Origin: Abditibacterium sp.
GTDB lineage: Bacteria > Armatimonadota > Abditibacteriia > Abditibacteriales > Abditibacteriaceae
Direction of reading: 5' to 3'
Assembly: GCA_965246885.1 (NCBI GenBank)
Contig: OZ251992.1
Span: forward strand, 608,001 to 672,000
DNA: 64,000 nucleotides
Each line of letters begins with the position of its first letter. Positions within the stretch are counted from its first letter, which is position 1. The position numbers and the translations under genes are program-made. Below the pieces are notes generated by a model. The model ran no database searches, was not told the DNA's origin, and was given only the letters and a program-made list of their open reading frames with translations. Positions 1-9,595 of the stretch are shown here, in pieces.

Positions 1-1
1 T

Positions 2-1030
2 GGCGAGTTTCTTGTCCGGCGCCGCCAAAACGCGCACATAGCGGTAGGGCTTGGCATCGTTGACGGTGAACCACTTGTCGGGCCATCCGCCCAGTTCGGA
101 CTTGATCGCGCGCCAGTCCGTCCACGTCTTTTGATCGTTGGAAGCCTGAATAGTGGCGCCTGCAAACCCCTCGCCCGCATTGACGAACTGCAACGCGGCC
201 AGCGTTTTCGGCGCCCCCAAGTCGAGGCCGATGAAGCCGCCGCCCTCGCCCGCCACAAAGCTGCTTTTGTCGCCCCCGTTCAGCTTGTCGGCCTCGTTGC
301 CCGCCACTCCCGCCGAGCCGAACGGTTTGGCGTCGGCAACCTTTTGTGGGTCTAACATCGCCGTTTCGATGGCCCACACATTCCCGCGCTTGTCCACTTC
401 GAGACGCGTGGGGCGCTTGGTGTTGAAGTTGCCCGCAGGCATCGTGAGCGGCTTGCCGTCGGCGAGGTTGAAAACGCGGATGTTGCCTTTGGCGTCGGAT
501 AAATAGAAGCGCCCGCGCCCTTCATCTATCGCCAACCCCTTGTAAGCCGTGACGCCCGCGCCCTCGTCCACGTGGTAGTCGTGCCCGGCGCCCTCGCCGT
601 TGACGTGGCCGTTGATGGCGTAGCCGGGGGTGCGGTCGAAAACGGTAACGACGCCATTGCCACGCGCATACACAGCGTGCTTATCGGACACCGCAACGGA
701 ATAAACGGGGTTGAACAGGAACGGCGAATCGGTCGCCCAGTCGCCATTGTGGTAGACGCCCGACGAGTTCAGGCCCTCCTCGTAAGCGCTCGACACGAAC
801 ACGAACCCATCCGGCGAGACCGCGCAATCGTCGAAGTAAGACGCCATAAAACGCCGCCCCGCTTGAAAGAAGTTGCCGCCAAGCGGCCCCGGATTGAGCG
901 TGTTGCCCACATAAGAGGTGGTGACGGGCAACTTGCGGTGCGGGATACCCGTCTTGGGCGGCGAAACCAACTGCGCGCGGGCGCACCCGGAAAGCACCAA
1001 GAGCAGGGAAGGCAAAAGAAATCGCTTCAT
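2..1030 (-). CDS. Secreted protein, beta-propeller-like region followed by F5/8 type C (discoidin/CBM32)-like region; runs off the window edge
   Basis: Own translation from ATG at 1030: MKRFLLPSLLLVLSGCARAQ signal peptide, then propeller-like segments (GLAIDEGRGRFYLSD, LEVDKRGNVWAIE) and IGLDLGAPKTL...IQASNDQKTWT...YRYVRV. No stop before base 1. Confidence 0.65.
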   Translation of the reverse strand, partial: MKRFLLPSLLLVLSGCARAQLVSPPKTGIPHRKLPVTTSYVGNTLNPGPLGGNFFQAGRRFMASYFDDCAVSPDGFVFVSSAYEEGLNSSGVYHNGDWATDSPFLFNPVYSVAVSDKHAVYARGNGVVTVFDRTPGYAINGHVNGEGAGHDYHVDEGAGVTAYKGLAIDEGRGRFYLSDAKGNIRVFNLADGKPLTMPAGNFNTKRPTRLEVDKRGNVWAIETAMLDPQKVADAKPFGSAGVAGNEADKLNGGDKSSFVAGEGGGFIGLDLGAPKTLAALQFVNAGEGFAGATIQASNDQKTWTDWRAIKSELGGWPDKWFTVNDAKPYRYVRVLAAPDKKLA

Positions 1031-1105
1031 GAATACAGTAAGACACAAAGCAACGCGGCGCGTTTCGCAAAGGAAACGCGCCGCGTGCGCCGCAATTGCT
1101 GAGGC

Positions 1106-1882
1106 TTAGGCCGCGCTTGGCCACCACAGGCGCCAGCTGGTTTCCGGCGTGGGAGGCGAAATGATAATGGTGTGCCGCAGCCACTTCACGTGGCCATCAG
1201 CGAAGAGAACGTTGCCGCCCTCGAAATGGCGCGAGTGGGGAAGGGCGACGTTGTTCACGTTGTTGATGTGGCATGGGGCGCTGGTGAAGTTATACCACGT
1301 CATTGTGTAGCCGCCTTTGAATGGCCCGCCGCCGCCGCCGTAGCCACCGCCTAACGCGGGGTTGGGGTCGGCATCCAGACTGTCCTCGAACACGATACCC
1401 AATTCAGCAGCGTTGTTAATGGCTGCCGCAGCCCGTCCGACTTGACCGCCATTGTCGAGTTCGCCAGTGCCCTGCATAAGGGCCATGTTGTAGCCGTAAG
1501 ACAAGCGGTCGGCTTGCCCCGTTAGGACGGTGTTGTTGTCGGCATACTGATAGCTGGGGCAGTTGAATATCTGCTTGCTTTTGACGTAAGGGTAAATCAG
1601 ATTGGGCCAACCATTAAAACTGTTGGTGCAGCTACCAACGCAGGTCTGGTTTTCAACCGGCACATACCTTTCATCGTAATCTTGGGCGTATTGCACAATA
1701 CCCAAGCCAATTTGCTTGAGGTTAGACTGGCAGGAAGCGCGGCGGGCGTTCTCGCGGGCGCGAGCGAAAGCCGGGAACAAGATAGCTGCCAAGATAGCGA
1801 TGATGGCAATGACCACCAACAATTCTATAAGAGTAAATCCCTTAGCAGCGCCTCCTCCCTTTGTGTGAACGATGTGTTTCAT
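1106..1882 (-). CDS. Prepilin-type N-terminal cleavage/methylation protein (DUF1559, H-X9-DG motif)
   Basis: [40 protein letters not shown]-terminal [17 protein letters not shown]. Confidence 0.93.
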   Translation of the reverse strand: MKHIVHTKGGGAAKGFTLIELLVVIAIIAILAAILFPAFARARENARRASCQSNLKQIGLGIVQYAQDYDERYVPVENQTCVGSCTNSFNGWPNLIYPYVKSKQIFNCPSYQYADNNTVLTGQADRLSYGYNMALMQGTGELDNGGQVGRAAAAINNAAELGIVFEDSLDADPNPALGGGYGGGGGPFKGGYTMTWYNFTSAPCHINNVNNVALPHSRHFEGGNVLFADGHVKWLRHTIIISPPTPETSWRLWWPSAA

Positions 1883-2109
1883 GATGGTTAGTAGACCGTC
1901 GCGGTTCCCGCTTCTTGCCGCACACAGGCGAGCGAGGCCGGTGGCGGCTCAGGCCGATACACCACCAGTATGCCCAAATGCGGCTCCGTTCTAACAGTTG
2001 CGCGCCAGTTTTTTAGGGGCTTGTTGCTTCTTGCCGCTTTTGCTGTCCCCTACAAGCGTGCAAGCGGCAAACTCAACGTTTGCCGCTTGCAGGGGGTGGG
2101 CTAATCGGC

Positions 2110-3318
2110 TCACGCCGCCGCCGTCATTTGTGGCTCTTGCAGCAAGGCGCGCCCCGCGATGCCGTAGGAAGCGGCGCTTTCGGCCCCTATCTCGACGAGT
2201 TGCGGCGTAATCACTTGGCGCACCGGAGGCTCCGGCAGATGCCCCGCGATGCGCGCGAAGAGCATTTCCGCCGCCCGTTCGCCCAGTTGCGTGTTGTGTT
2301 TGTCAACGGTCGCCATCGGTGGCGTGGACTCGAAGGCGCGCGTGGGCGCTTCGCTCCAATAATTGTCGTAGCCGCCCAGCATCACGTCGCGGTTCGGCTC
2401 CAATCCCAGTATCTTGAGCGCCGCCGCCAGCAAGGGAACATGCCCGTCGGACGCGGCCAGCAGCACGTCGGGGGTTTGGTTCTTGAACGACTTTTGCAGC
2501 GCTGTCGCCAGTTGGCTCGCGGCGCGCTCGAAGGCGGCGGCGTTTTTGGGCAGGGCAGAGGTCGGTGGGCGAAGCGTGGGAAGGACGCGCAGGTTCGCTT
2601 CTTCAAGTGCCCGTTCGTAGCCCGCCTGCCGCAACGCGAACCAGTAGCCATCCGCCGGTGCGAACCACACGTTCTGGATGCGGCGCGCGCCCCGATTGGC
2701 GAAGAACTGCGTAAGAGCAAAGGCCCCGGCCTCATGATCGGACACCACGCGGTCGCAGTGTTTGAACGCCGGATGGTCGCTCATGGCCACGACCGGAATC
2801 GCGTGTTGTTGCAAACCGCCCAGTAGCTTGTGCAGGTGCCCCTCGGCGCCGGGCAGGTCGGTAATAAGCATCCCCGACAAGTGCCGCATCGCCAGTCGCT
2901 CGATGTCTTCGGCGACCACGATCTCATCCACGAAGCGGCGCGGATGCAGCGTCAGGACGTGGTGCTCGTGCTCATGCACGCCGTGCGAGGCGCCCGCGTC
3001 CACCGCCTGCGTCCACCCGGAGGGGCGCAGGTCTATCGCTTCGAGCGAGTGCGGCGACAACAGGGCGACCGTATCGCCCTTGGGCGCGTTTTTCTTTTCG
3101 CCCGCGATGAACGTCCCGACGCGCGGCACGGAATACAGTAGACCGCGTGCCGCCAGCTTTTGAAGTTCAAGGTTCACCGAGCGCAACGACAGCCCATGCC
3201 GCGCCGCCAATTCGCGCACCGGTGGCACCAAAGCGCCCGCGCGCGCGCCTACTCGTGTCCCGCTCAATTCTTCGTGCAAAGCCTGCTTGCGCTGAGATAC
3301 ATCCAAACGTGTCGACAT
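2110..3318 (-). CDS. GntR-type HTH + LacI-type periplasmic-binding-fold transcriptional regulator
   Basis: PPVRELAARHGLS...GLLYSVPRVGTFI winged HTH; VVSDHEAGA, LLAASD, GGYDN, MATVDKHNTQLGERAA sugar-binding domain. Confidence 0.88.
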   Translation of the reverse strand: MSTRLDVSQRKQALHEELSGTRVGARAGALVPPVRELAARHGLSLRSVNLELQKLAARGLLYSVPRVGTFIAGEKKNAPKGDTVALLSPHSLEAIDLRPSGWTQAVDAGASHGVHEHEHHVLTLHPRRFVDEIVVAEDIERLAMRHLSGMLITDLPGAEGHLHKLLGGLQQHAIPVVAMSDHPAFKHCDRVVSDHEAGAFALTQFFANRGARRIQNVWFAPADGYWFALRQAGYERALEEANLRVLPTLRPPTSALPKNAAAFERAASQLATALQKSFKNQTPDVLLAASDGHVPLLAAALKILGLEPNRDVMLGGYDNYWSEAPTRAFESTPPMATVDKHNTQLGERAAEMLFARIAGHLPEPPVRQVITPQLVEIGAESAASYGIAGRALLQEPQMTAAA

Positions 3319-3437
3319 AAATTATCTGCTCAAACTCCCCGGACAAAAATATACATCCTCACTATACCCGCTTGCACCCCGTTTCTAACGCGGTGGAAAA
3401 AATTCTTTCCCGGAAAGTATGACGCACCGCCGCCCTC

Positions 3438-3605
3438 GCTTCACCGCCGTCTGTCATTGCCCGGCGCAGGTCTGCCATCGTTCCGCCGTCGTCTGTCGAG
3501 CAGTGACAGACGTCCGGCGAGCAATGACAGACGGCGGCGGAACGAAGGATTACCTCCGTCATCGCGTCGCCGCCCTCCCGCACCGTCTGGCAGAAGGCGG
3601 GCAGC
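3438..3605. repeat. Degenerate 21-bp-period repeat array (about 8 units, TGACAGACG/CGTCTGTCA core)
   Basis: Units such as gcttcaccgccgtctgtcatt, cagtgacagacgtccggcgag, caatgacagacggcggcggaa; same core as 53551-53760. Confidence 0.7.
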
Positions 3606-3667
3606 GCCACTTCTCTGGCAAGCATCCCAAACCAAGGCCGCGCCGCCCGCTCAAACTGGAAGGCGTT

Positions 3668-4333
3668 ATGCGCGTTCTCATTGTAGAAGACACGCCCGCC
3701 GTCGCGCGGCTTTTGCGGCAATCGGTTTCCGAGGCGGGCTATGCGCCCGAAGTCGAGACCGATGGCATCGCGGCTTTGGCGCGCGCCAAAAACGACCAGT
3801 TCGACCTCATGCTCCTCGACTGGATGCTGCCCGGCATGTCGGGCCTCGAAGTGTGCCGCTCGTTGCGCAAAGAAGGGCACAACACGCCGATTCTGATGCT
3901 TACGGCGCGCGACACCACCGAAGACAAAGTGGCGGGGCTGGACGCGGGCGCCGACGATTACATCGTCAAGCCGTTCGCGGTCGTGGAACTTTTGGCCCGC
4001 ATGCGCGCCCTGCTCAGGCGCGGCGCCGCGACGCCCACCGCGTTCCAAGTCGGCGACCTCACCCTCGACCCCACCACCCGCCGCGCCAATCGCGCCGGAA
4101 AAACTATCTACCTGTCCGCCACCGAATACACCCTGCTCGAATACCTGATGCGCCACGCCGGGAAAACCCTGACGCGCACCCAACTCCTCGACCACGTGTG
4201 GCAATACGATTTCGGCGGCAACGACAACGTCCTCGACTGCTACATCTCCTACCTGCGCCAAAAAATAGACAAAGGCGCCGACACCCGCCTCATCCACACC
4301 GTGCGCGGCGTGGGCTTTCGACTGGGAGAGTAA
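3668..4333 (+). CDS. OmpR/PhoB-family response regulator
   Basis: MRVLIVED, LLDWMLPGMSG, PILMLTARD, GADDYIVKPF, C-terminal LIHTVRGVGF. Start set at ATG 3668; the longer ORF only reads through the repeat array. Confidence 0.95.
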   Translation: MRVLIVEDTPAVARLLRQSVSEAGYAPEVETDGIAALARAKNDQFDLMLLDWMLPGMSGLEVCRSLRKEGHNTPILMLTARDTTEDKVAGLDAGADDYIVKPFAVVELLARMRALLRRGAATPTAFQVGDLTLDPTTRRANRAGKTIYLSATEYTLLEYLMRHAGKTLTRTQLLDHVWQYDFGGNDNVLDCYISYLRQKIDKGADTRLIHTVRGVGFRLGE

Positions 4334-4334
4334 T

Positions 4335-4407
4335 GAACCCAGAGCGGGGGAGACGGGCACGCGAAACAGTCAGTTATGGGCGTGCCCGTCTCCCCCGCTC
4401 TGGGTTC
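4335..4407. repeat. Perfect 28-bp inverted repeat (REP/REPIN-like) between regulator and kinase genes
   Basis: gaacccagagcgggggagacgggcacgc (4335-4362) / gcgtgcccgtctcccccgctctgggttc (4380-4407). Confidence 0.85.
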
Positions 4408-4415
4408 TTCCAACA

Positions 4416-5765
4416 ATGAACTGGCGTTCAATGCGTGCCCGCGTGACGACGGGTTTTGTGGCGGCCTTTGCGCTTTTGCTTTTGGTGACGGGCGCGAGTT
4501 TGCTGTTGGTGGCGCACATCGGCGCGCGCGATCGCGTGCAAACGCTGCTCAAAGCCACCAAGAGCGAGTTGCAGGGCGATTTGCAAAACCACCAAATAGA
4601 TGCGCGCGAGCCAGCGCAGATGATGCGCCTCGACGCGGCGCAGTTCCGTAAGTCCGACCTGCTCTTGCTGGTCTACGACGAGCGCGAGCGCTTGGTGGCG
4701 TGGTCGAGCCGCCACCCGCCGCGCCCCGACGAAGAACGCGGCTGGATGACGACGTCCATTCCCAGTGGCGGGCGGCGCATCGTGCTCGCGTTTCCTTGGG
4801 CGCGGGCGGCGCGCGAACTGAACCGCCTCGCGTGGTCGCTGTTTGCGGGCGCGCTGATCGTGTTGTTGGCGGTTGCGGTGGGGTCGTGGGTGTTGGTGGG
4901 CCGCGTTTTGTCGCCCATTGACCGCCTCGCGGAACTGGCGCGCACGGCGCCGGTTGAAACCGCGCGTTTGCAAGCGCCCTCGGAAGATGTCGAGGTGCAG
5001 CGGTTGGTCGGCACGCTAAACGACTTTCTGGCGCGCTTGCGCGAGTCCAACCGCGCCAAAGACCGCTTCTACGCTGCCGCCTCGCACGAACTGCGCACGC
5101 CGCTTCAGGGGCTGGCGGGGTTTTTAGAGATAGGCTTGGCCCGTCCGCGCGAGCGCGACGAGTTGGTGGAGATACTGCGCGAAGCGCAGGGCCAGTCGAA
5201 GCGGCTGGTGAAGCTAACCGCCGATCTGCTTGCGCTCAATCAGTTGGAAAGTGCCGCCGACAAGCCTTCATCGGAGGAAAGCGAGATGGACGTGGCCGAC
5301 GTGGTGGAGCGCGCGGTGGCCCCCTTGGAAGGTGCGCGCGCAGCGCGCAGTTTACAGCTTGCGCTCGACCTGCCGGGAGACGCCGCCGCCGAGATACTGG
5401 CGCCTTGGAGCCACGTCGAGATGCTGGTGCGCAACCTCGTGGAGAACGCGCACAAGTATGCGCCCGACGGCGGGCACATTGAGATCGCGTGGCACGAGGG
5501 AGCGCTGCGCGTGTGGAACACAGTCGCGTGGAGCGACTCCGACCAGAAGCGCGCGCGCGAACGCGGGCTGAACCGCTTGTTCGAGCCGTTCTACCGCCTC
5601 GACGCTTCGCGCGAAGGGCAAGTGACCGGCAACGGGCTGGGTCTCGCCATTTGTCATGCCATTTGCGGCGCCAACGGCTGGAAGATTGCCCTGCGCCCCA
5701 CGCGCGAGGGCGACGAAGCCGGACTGGAAGCGCGGGTGGAGTTTAAGCAGCACACAAGCGACTGA
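4416..5765 (+). CDS. HAMP-HisKA-HATPase sensor histidine kinase
   Basis: Two TM segments, ASHELRTPL H-box, NLVENAHKY N-box, LFEPFYR, GNGLGLAI G2 box; follows the response regulator. Confidence 0.93.
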   Translation: MNWRSMRARVTTGFVAAFALLLLVTGASLLLVAHIGARDRVQTLLKATKSELQGDLQNHQIDAREPAQMMRLDAAQFRKSDLLLLVYDERERLVAWSSRHPPRPDEERGWMTTSIPSGGRRIVLAFPWARAARELNRLAWSLFAGALIVLLAVAVGSWVLVGRVLSPIDRLAELARTAPVETARLQAPSEDVEVQRLVGTLNDFLARLRESNRAKDRFYAAASHELRTPLQGLAGFLEIGLARPRERDELVEILREAQGQSKRLVKLTADLLALNQLESAADKPSSEESEMDVADVVERAVAPLEGARAARSLQLALDLPGDAAAEILAPWSHVEMLVRNLVENAHKYAPDGGHIEIAWHEGALRVWNTVAWSDSDQKRARERGLNRLFEPFYRLDASREGQVTGNGLGLAICHAICGANGWKIALRPTREGDEAGLEARVEFKQHTSD

Positions 5766-5860
5766 AGTCGCAGCCAGCGAGAGCGTCGGCCTTTGCCGAC
5801 GGGGTTGCTGCTACTTGTCGGCGAAGGCCGACGCTCTCGCTGGCTGCGACTTCAGTCGCT
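5757..5860. repeat. 44-bp inverted repeat with terminal GCGACTGAAGTCGC palindrome (REPIN-like; may act as bidirectional terminator)
   Basis: Arms 5757-5800 and 5817-5860, one mismatch, between convergent genes. Confidence 0.85.
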
Positions 5861-5863
5861 CGC

Positions 5864-7777
5864 TCAACCCCCCGCCAACATCTGCTGCGGGCCGCCGTGC
5901 TCGCTCCGCTTGCGCTCTTCGGCGGTTTGGGCGGGCAGCAGGACGACGAAGTGGGCGCCGGTTTCCTTGTCGTCGCGCCCGATTTCGGCGATGACGCCGC
6001 CGTGCGCTTCGATGATGCCCTTGACGATGCTTAATCCCAGCCCCATGCCCTTGGCTTTCTTGGTGTAAAAGGGCGCGAAAACGCGGTTGCGCTCGAACTC
6101 GGACAAGCCCGGCCCCCGGTCTTGGAAGTCGAGGCGGATGGTGGGCGGCACGAAGGTCTGGCGCGTCAGGGCGGAGATGGCTTTGGGGTCGGCGATGCTG
6201 CTGCGGATGGCGATTTGTCCGCCACCCGGCTGAAAATCTATGGAGTTCTCGATTAGCTCGCCAAACGCGCGCTTGAGCTTGACTTCGTCGCAGTGCACGG
6301 GCGGCAGGTCGGGCAAAAGGTTGAGCACGAGGTCTATCTTGGTGTTCTTGGGAAAGGTTTCGCCCGTGACGGCGCGCAGGATGGAGTTGATGTCGCCCGT
6401 CGTGGAATGGAGTTGCGTGGCTAACACGAAGTCGCGGAACTCGCCCAGTATCCCTTCGAGTCGGTAGATGCCGCGCGTGACCGATTCGGCCAACTCGCGG
6501 GTGTCTCGCCAGTCGGGGTCGTCGGAATCGGCTTTGGTTTTGAGGACGTAATTGAGTTCGTTCAGGTGGCCCTTGACGCCAAAAACCGTGTTGCCGATCA
6601 TGTGTGCGGCGCGCGCGCTCATTTCGCCCCACGCGGCCATGCGCTCGGCGCCCAACAGCCTGTTGGTGAGCTTGGTGCGGTCTATGGCGACGGCCATTTG
6701 CGAGGCGAGCGTGCCGAGCACGTCCTCGTCGGCTTGGGTGAACTCTTGCGGCAGAAAGTACAGCGAGCCTTTGCGCTTGCGCACGACGCGAAGCACCCCG
6801 GCCTTGGAACGCTGCGTCAAGACGGGCACCGCCAGAAGCGCGGCGACTTCGGAAGGCGGCGCTTCGGAAAACAAGCCTTTCCAGCGCGAATCGGTGCGCG
6901 GGTCGCCAACGCGGATGGCCCGCCCGTTCTGCGCGACCCAACCCGTCAAGCCTTCGCCGATGCGGTAGCGAACCGTGTGGCGGCCCGACTGTTCGTCCAA
7001 GGGGCCATACGAAGCGGCGAGTTCAAGCGCTTCGCCCGCCTCGTCCATGAGGAACAAGGAGCAGTCGTCGGCGCGCAGAATCTTGGTGGCCTGTTGCACG
7101 ACGTCGTGCATGAGGGAGTCGAGGTCGGAAGTGACGTTGAGGTCGCGCCCAACGGAAATCAAGGCTTCCTCGCGCAATTGGTGCTCGGCCATTGTGATGA
7201 TGATGGCCGCGCGGCGTGTGAGGGGTTGCAACAGCTTGGCGTGCGCCTCGTCCCACATGTCGGAGTCGGGCGATTCGATGTTGATGACGCCGATGGTGCC
7301 GCCGCCCGACGCCTTGATGGGCAGGGCGATCTCCGACTTCACGTCGTCGAAGAAGCCGATATAGTGCGGGTCGCTCGACACGTCGCCCGTCCAATACGTG
7401 CGCCCGTTGATGACGACGTGCCGCGTGATGCCGCGCCGCGAGGTGCTGCCCGCGTTGGAGACGGCATGGACGTTGACGCGCAGGCGCCGGATTTCGTCCG
7501 TCCAGCCCTCGCCCGCCGTGAAGCGCAACACCAGTTCGCCCGACGAGGTGTCCACGAGCGCCAGAAACGCGCGGTTGCCGCCGACCAACTCCATCGCTTC
7601 TTCAAGCGTCGAGCGGAGCAGTTCGTCGGCTTCCTTGAGGGAGGTTTGCGACAGTTCGAGGTCGAACTCGTGCGAGTCGAAGGCGGCGCCGGGCAGCGAC
7701 GCGTCGGCGATGGTGCCCGTCGTTTGCCCCGACACGGCGGGCGAGGACAACGGCAAGGAAGAAAGCGGCTCGGACAT
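5864..7777 (-). CDS. Cytoplasmic GAF-GAF histidine kinase
   Basis: Two GAF domains (KSEIALPI..GVINIES; AALLAVPV..GVLRV), atypical H-box AAHMIGN, ELIENSIDF, DRGPG, FAPFYTKKAKGMGLGLSI. Start approximate. Confidence 0.88.
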   Translation of the reverse strand: MSEPLSSLPLSSPAVSGQTTGTIADASLPGAAFDSHEFDLELSQTSLKEADELLRSTLEEAMELVGGNRAFLALVDTSSGELVLRFTAGEGWTDEIRRLRVNVHAVSNAGSTSRRGITRHVVINGRTYWTGDVSSDPHYIGFFDDVKSEIALPIKASGGGTIGVINIESPDSDMWDEAHAKLLQPLTRRAAIIITMAEHQLREEALISVGRDLNVTSDLDSLMHDVVQQATKILRADDCSLFLMDEAGEALELAASYGPLDEQSGRHTVRYRIGEGLTGWVAQNGRAIRVGDPRTDSRWKGLFSEAPPSEVAALLAVPVLTQRSKAGVLRVVRKRKGSLYFLPQEFTQADEDVLGTLASQMAVAIDRTKLTNRLLGAERMAAWGEMSARAAHMIGNTVFGVKGHLNELNYVLKTKADSDDPDWRDTRELAESVTRGIYRLEGILGEFRDFVLATQLHSTTGDINSILRAVTGETFPKNTKIDLVLNLLPDLPPVHCDEVKLKRAFGELIENSIDFQPGGGQIAIRSSIADPKAISALTRQTFVPPTIRLDFQDRGPGLSEFERNRVFAPFYTKKAKGMGLGLSIVKGIIEAHGGVIAEIGRDDKETGAHFVVLLPAQTAEERKRSEHGGPQQMLAGG

Positions 7778-7792
7778 AAACTGCGCTTCAGT

Positions 7793-8152
7793 ATGAACGT
7801 GCCCACCCCCGCTCCCGAACCCAGTGAGGCCGAACTCCTGCGCGCCCAAATCGTGCGCTTGTGCCAATCCGTCCCGCAGGGCCGCGTCGAATCGTATGGG
7901 AAGTTGGGCGCGCGCTGCGACCCGCCCGTGTCGGGCTATGTGTGTGGGCGCGTGATGGGGCAAATCATGGACGGCGCCCCTTGGTGGCGCATCGTCGGAA
8001 AAGACGGACGTCTGCCCATCTCCAAACGCTCGCCCGACCATTCGCGCCAGCAGCGCGAACGCTTGGAAGCCGAGGGCGTGGAGTTCGAGGAGGACGGGAC
8101 GGTCAAGCGGCGGTTTTTTGGGGGAGAAGCGGAGGAGTTGGCGTTGTTTTGA
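7793..8152 (+). CDS. Alkyltransferase-like protein (MGMT family, Atl/YbaZ type, non-catalytic Trp)
   Basis: VPQGRVESYGKLG, APWWRIVGKDG (Trp in place of the PCHRV Cys), QRERLEAEGVEF. Confidence 0.88.
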   Translation: MNVPTPAPEPSEAELLRAQIVRLCQSVPQGRVESYGKLGARCDPPVSGYVCGRVMGQIMDGAPWWRIVGKDGRLPISKRSPDHSRQQRERLEAEGVEFEEDGTVKRRFFGGEAEELALF

Positions 8153-8158
8153 AGTGAG

Positions 8159-8878
8159 CTACTTCGCAAACACCGCCAGATAGTTATCCTCGCCCAGTTG
8201 CCGCGATTCGAGAAAGCGGAAGCCCGCGCGCTCCCCTTCGCGGCGCACGATGTCGAGGGCGAGGCGGTGGTCGTCGGTGAGCGGGTTGTGGTCGTCGCGT
8301 TCCTCGACGCGGTGCAGTATCTCGCCCGTTTTGGCGTAGGCGCGGCGCGCTTCGCGGCGCAGTTCGGGAGTGTCGCGCTCGATGATACCCAAGCGTCCGC
8401 CGCTTTTCAAGGCGGCCTTGATGCGCGCGAGCATACCGAGTGGCTGGTCGAACTCGTGGTAGGCGTTCAAGATGACGACGGCGTCAAGGGAGTTGGCGGG
8501 CAGTTTGGGGTCACTGGTGGTGCCCAAGACGGTGCGCACGTTGCCCAGCCCCGCGCGTTTGGCGCGGGCGGCGGTGTAGGCGGTGTATTTGGGCAGAATC
8601 TCTTCGGCGTAAACGGTTCCGCTCGGCCCGACGGCGCGGGCAAGGCGCACGCTCAGCCAACCGCCGCCCGCGCCAACGTCGGCGACCGCTTTGCCGCGCG
8701 TGATATGAAGGGCGCGAAAGGTGGCGGGCAGGCGCAGTATCTTGTCGCGCCCCGGCGTGTCGAAAGCATCAGCGTCACCCGTCCAAGGCGCGGCAGTCTG
8801 GCGCTGCGTGCCATCCGGTTTGGGCGCGGCAAGCGCAAGGGCGGGGAGGAGGGCGAGGAGGAGCAAAGGGCGTTTCAT
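8159..8878 (-). CDS. Class I SAM-dependent methyltransferase with signal peptide
   Basis: VADVGAGGG motif I, LDAVVILNAYHEF, ALKSGGRLGIIE. Confidence 0.85.
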   Translation of the reverse strand: MKRPLLLLALLPALALAAPKPDGTQRQTAAPWTGDADAFDTPGRDKILRLPATFRALHITRGKAVADVGAGGGWLSVRLARAVGPSGTVYAEEILPKYTAYTAARAKRAGLGNVRTVLGTTSDPKLPANSLDAVVILNAYHEFDQPLGMLARIKAALKSGGRLGIIERDTPELRREARRAYAKTGEILHRVEERDDHNPLTDDHRLALDIVRREGERAGFRFLESRQLGEDNYLAVFAK

Positions 8879-8941
8879 ATCCCTCCCAGACGTGCGGCCC
8901 GAAGCGGGGCGCCTCGCGTTGACACTTCACGGGCAAGCCGC

Positions 8942-9535
8942 TTAAAACCCGTTATTGGGTTCGGGCGAGATTTTCATTTGTAGCGAGGCATCTGGTTCAA
9001 TGGAGAAGGAGGAGATGGGGGCGGTTTTAGTTTCTGTTTCCTCGCGGTAACTGCTGTCGCCAGTGCTGACCCACTCGATGGGGAAGCGGCGAGCAAGGCG
9101 GAAGCTGAACCGTCCGCCCAAGCTCAAGTCGAACATCCGCCGTAGGGGGAACACAATCGTTTGCTTGCCTTTGGGCGGCAGATAAATACCCGCGTTTCCA
9201 AAAACGTTCACCATCGGCGTGAAGCAGCCCTCTCCGAAGGCAGTGCGAGCAACCTCCCTCTGCGTCCCATTGGCATTGGGCAAATCTTTCTGCCCCCACA
9301 ACTTCAGGTCGAACAACGAGAACTTATCCGCTCCAGTGCCGAGATTGATTCTCTGGTCGCTCTTGTTCTCCAAGACGACGGTCAAATTGACCGGCTCATC
9401 GGCCCCGAACTTCTGCTTGGCAAGAGTTGCCGTGATTGTAACTGGCACTTTCTCCACCGCAAGGGCGGGAGCAACAGCGAAGGCGGGCGCGTGCAGGGCG
9501 CAGACGAAAGCGAGTAGGCAGAAGAAGGGCTTCAT
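8942..9535 (-). CDS. Hypothetical secreted beta-rich protein
   Basis: MKPFFCLLAFVCALHAPAFA signal peptide, Ig-like pattern (EPVNLTVVLENKSD). Confidence 0.6.
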   Translation of the reverse strand: MKPFFCLLAFVCALHAPAFAVAPALAVEKVPVTITATLAKQKFGADEPVNLTVVLENKSDQRINLGTGADKFSLFDLKLWGQKDLPNANGTQREVARTAFGEGCFTPMVNVFGNAGIYLPPKGKQTIVFPLRRMFDLSLGGRFSFRLARRFPIEWVSTGDSSYREETETKTAPISSFSIEPDASLQMKISPEPNNGF

Positions 9536-9595
9536 AGCGCATAGAGACACATGCCCGCCCCCGTTGTGGCACGCGCGCCCTTACGTGGGAGCGCC

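Noticed and set aside
3419..3667. N-terminal extensions of the response regulator (and of TatD from 14486, AraC from 18683)
   Set aside because: They arise from read-through of repeat elements or antisense genes; family homology starts at the downstream ATG.
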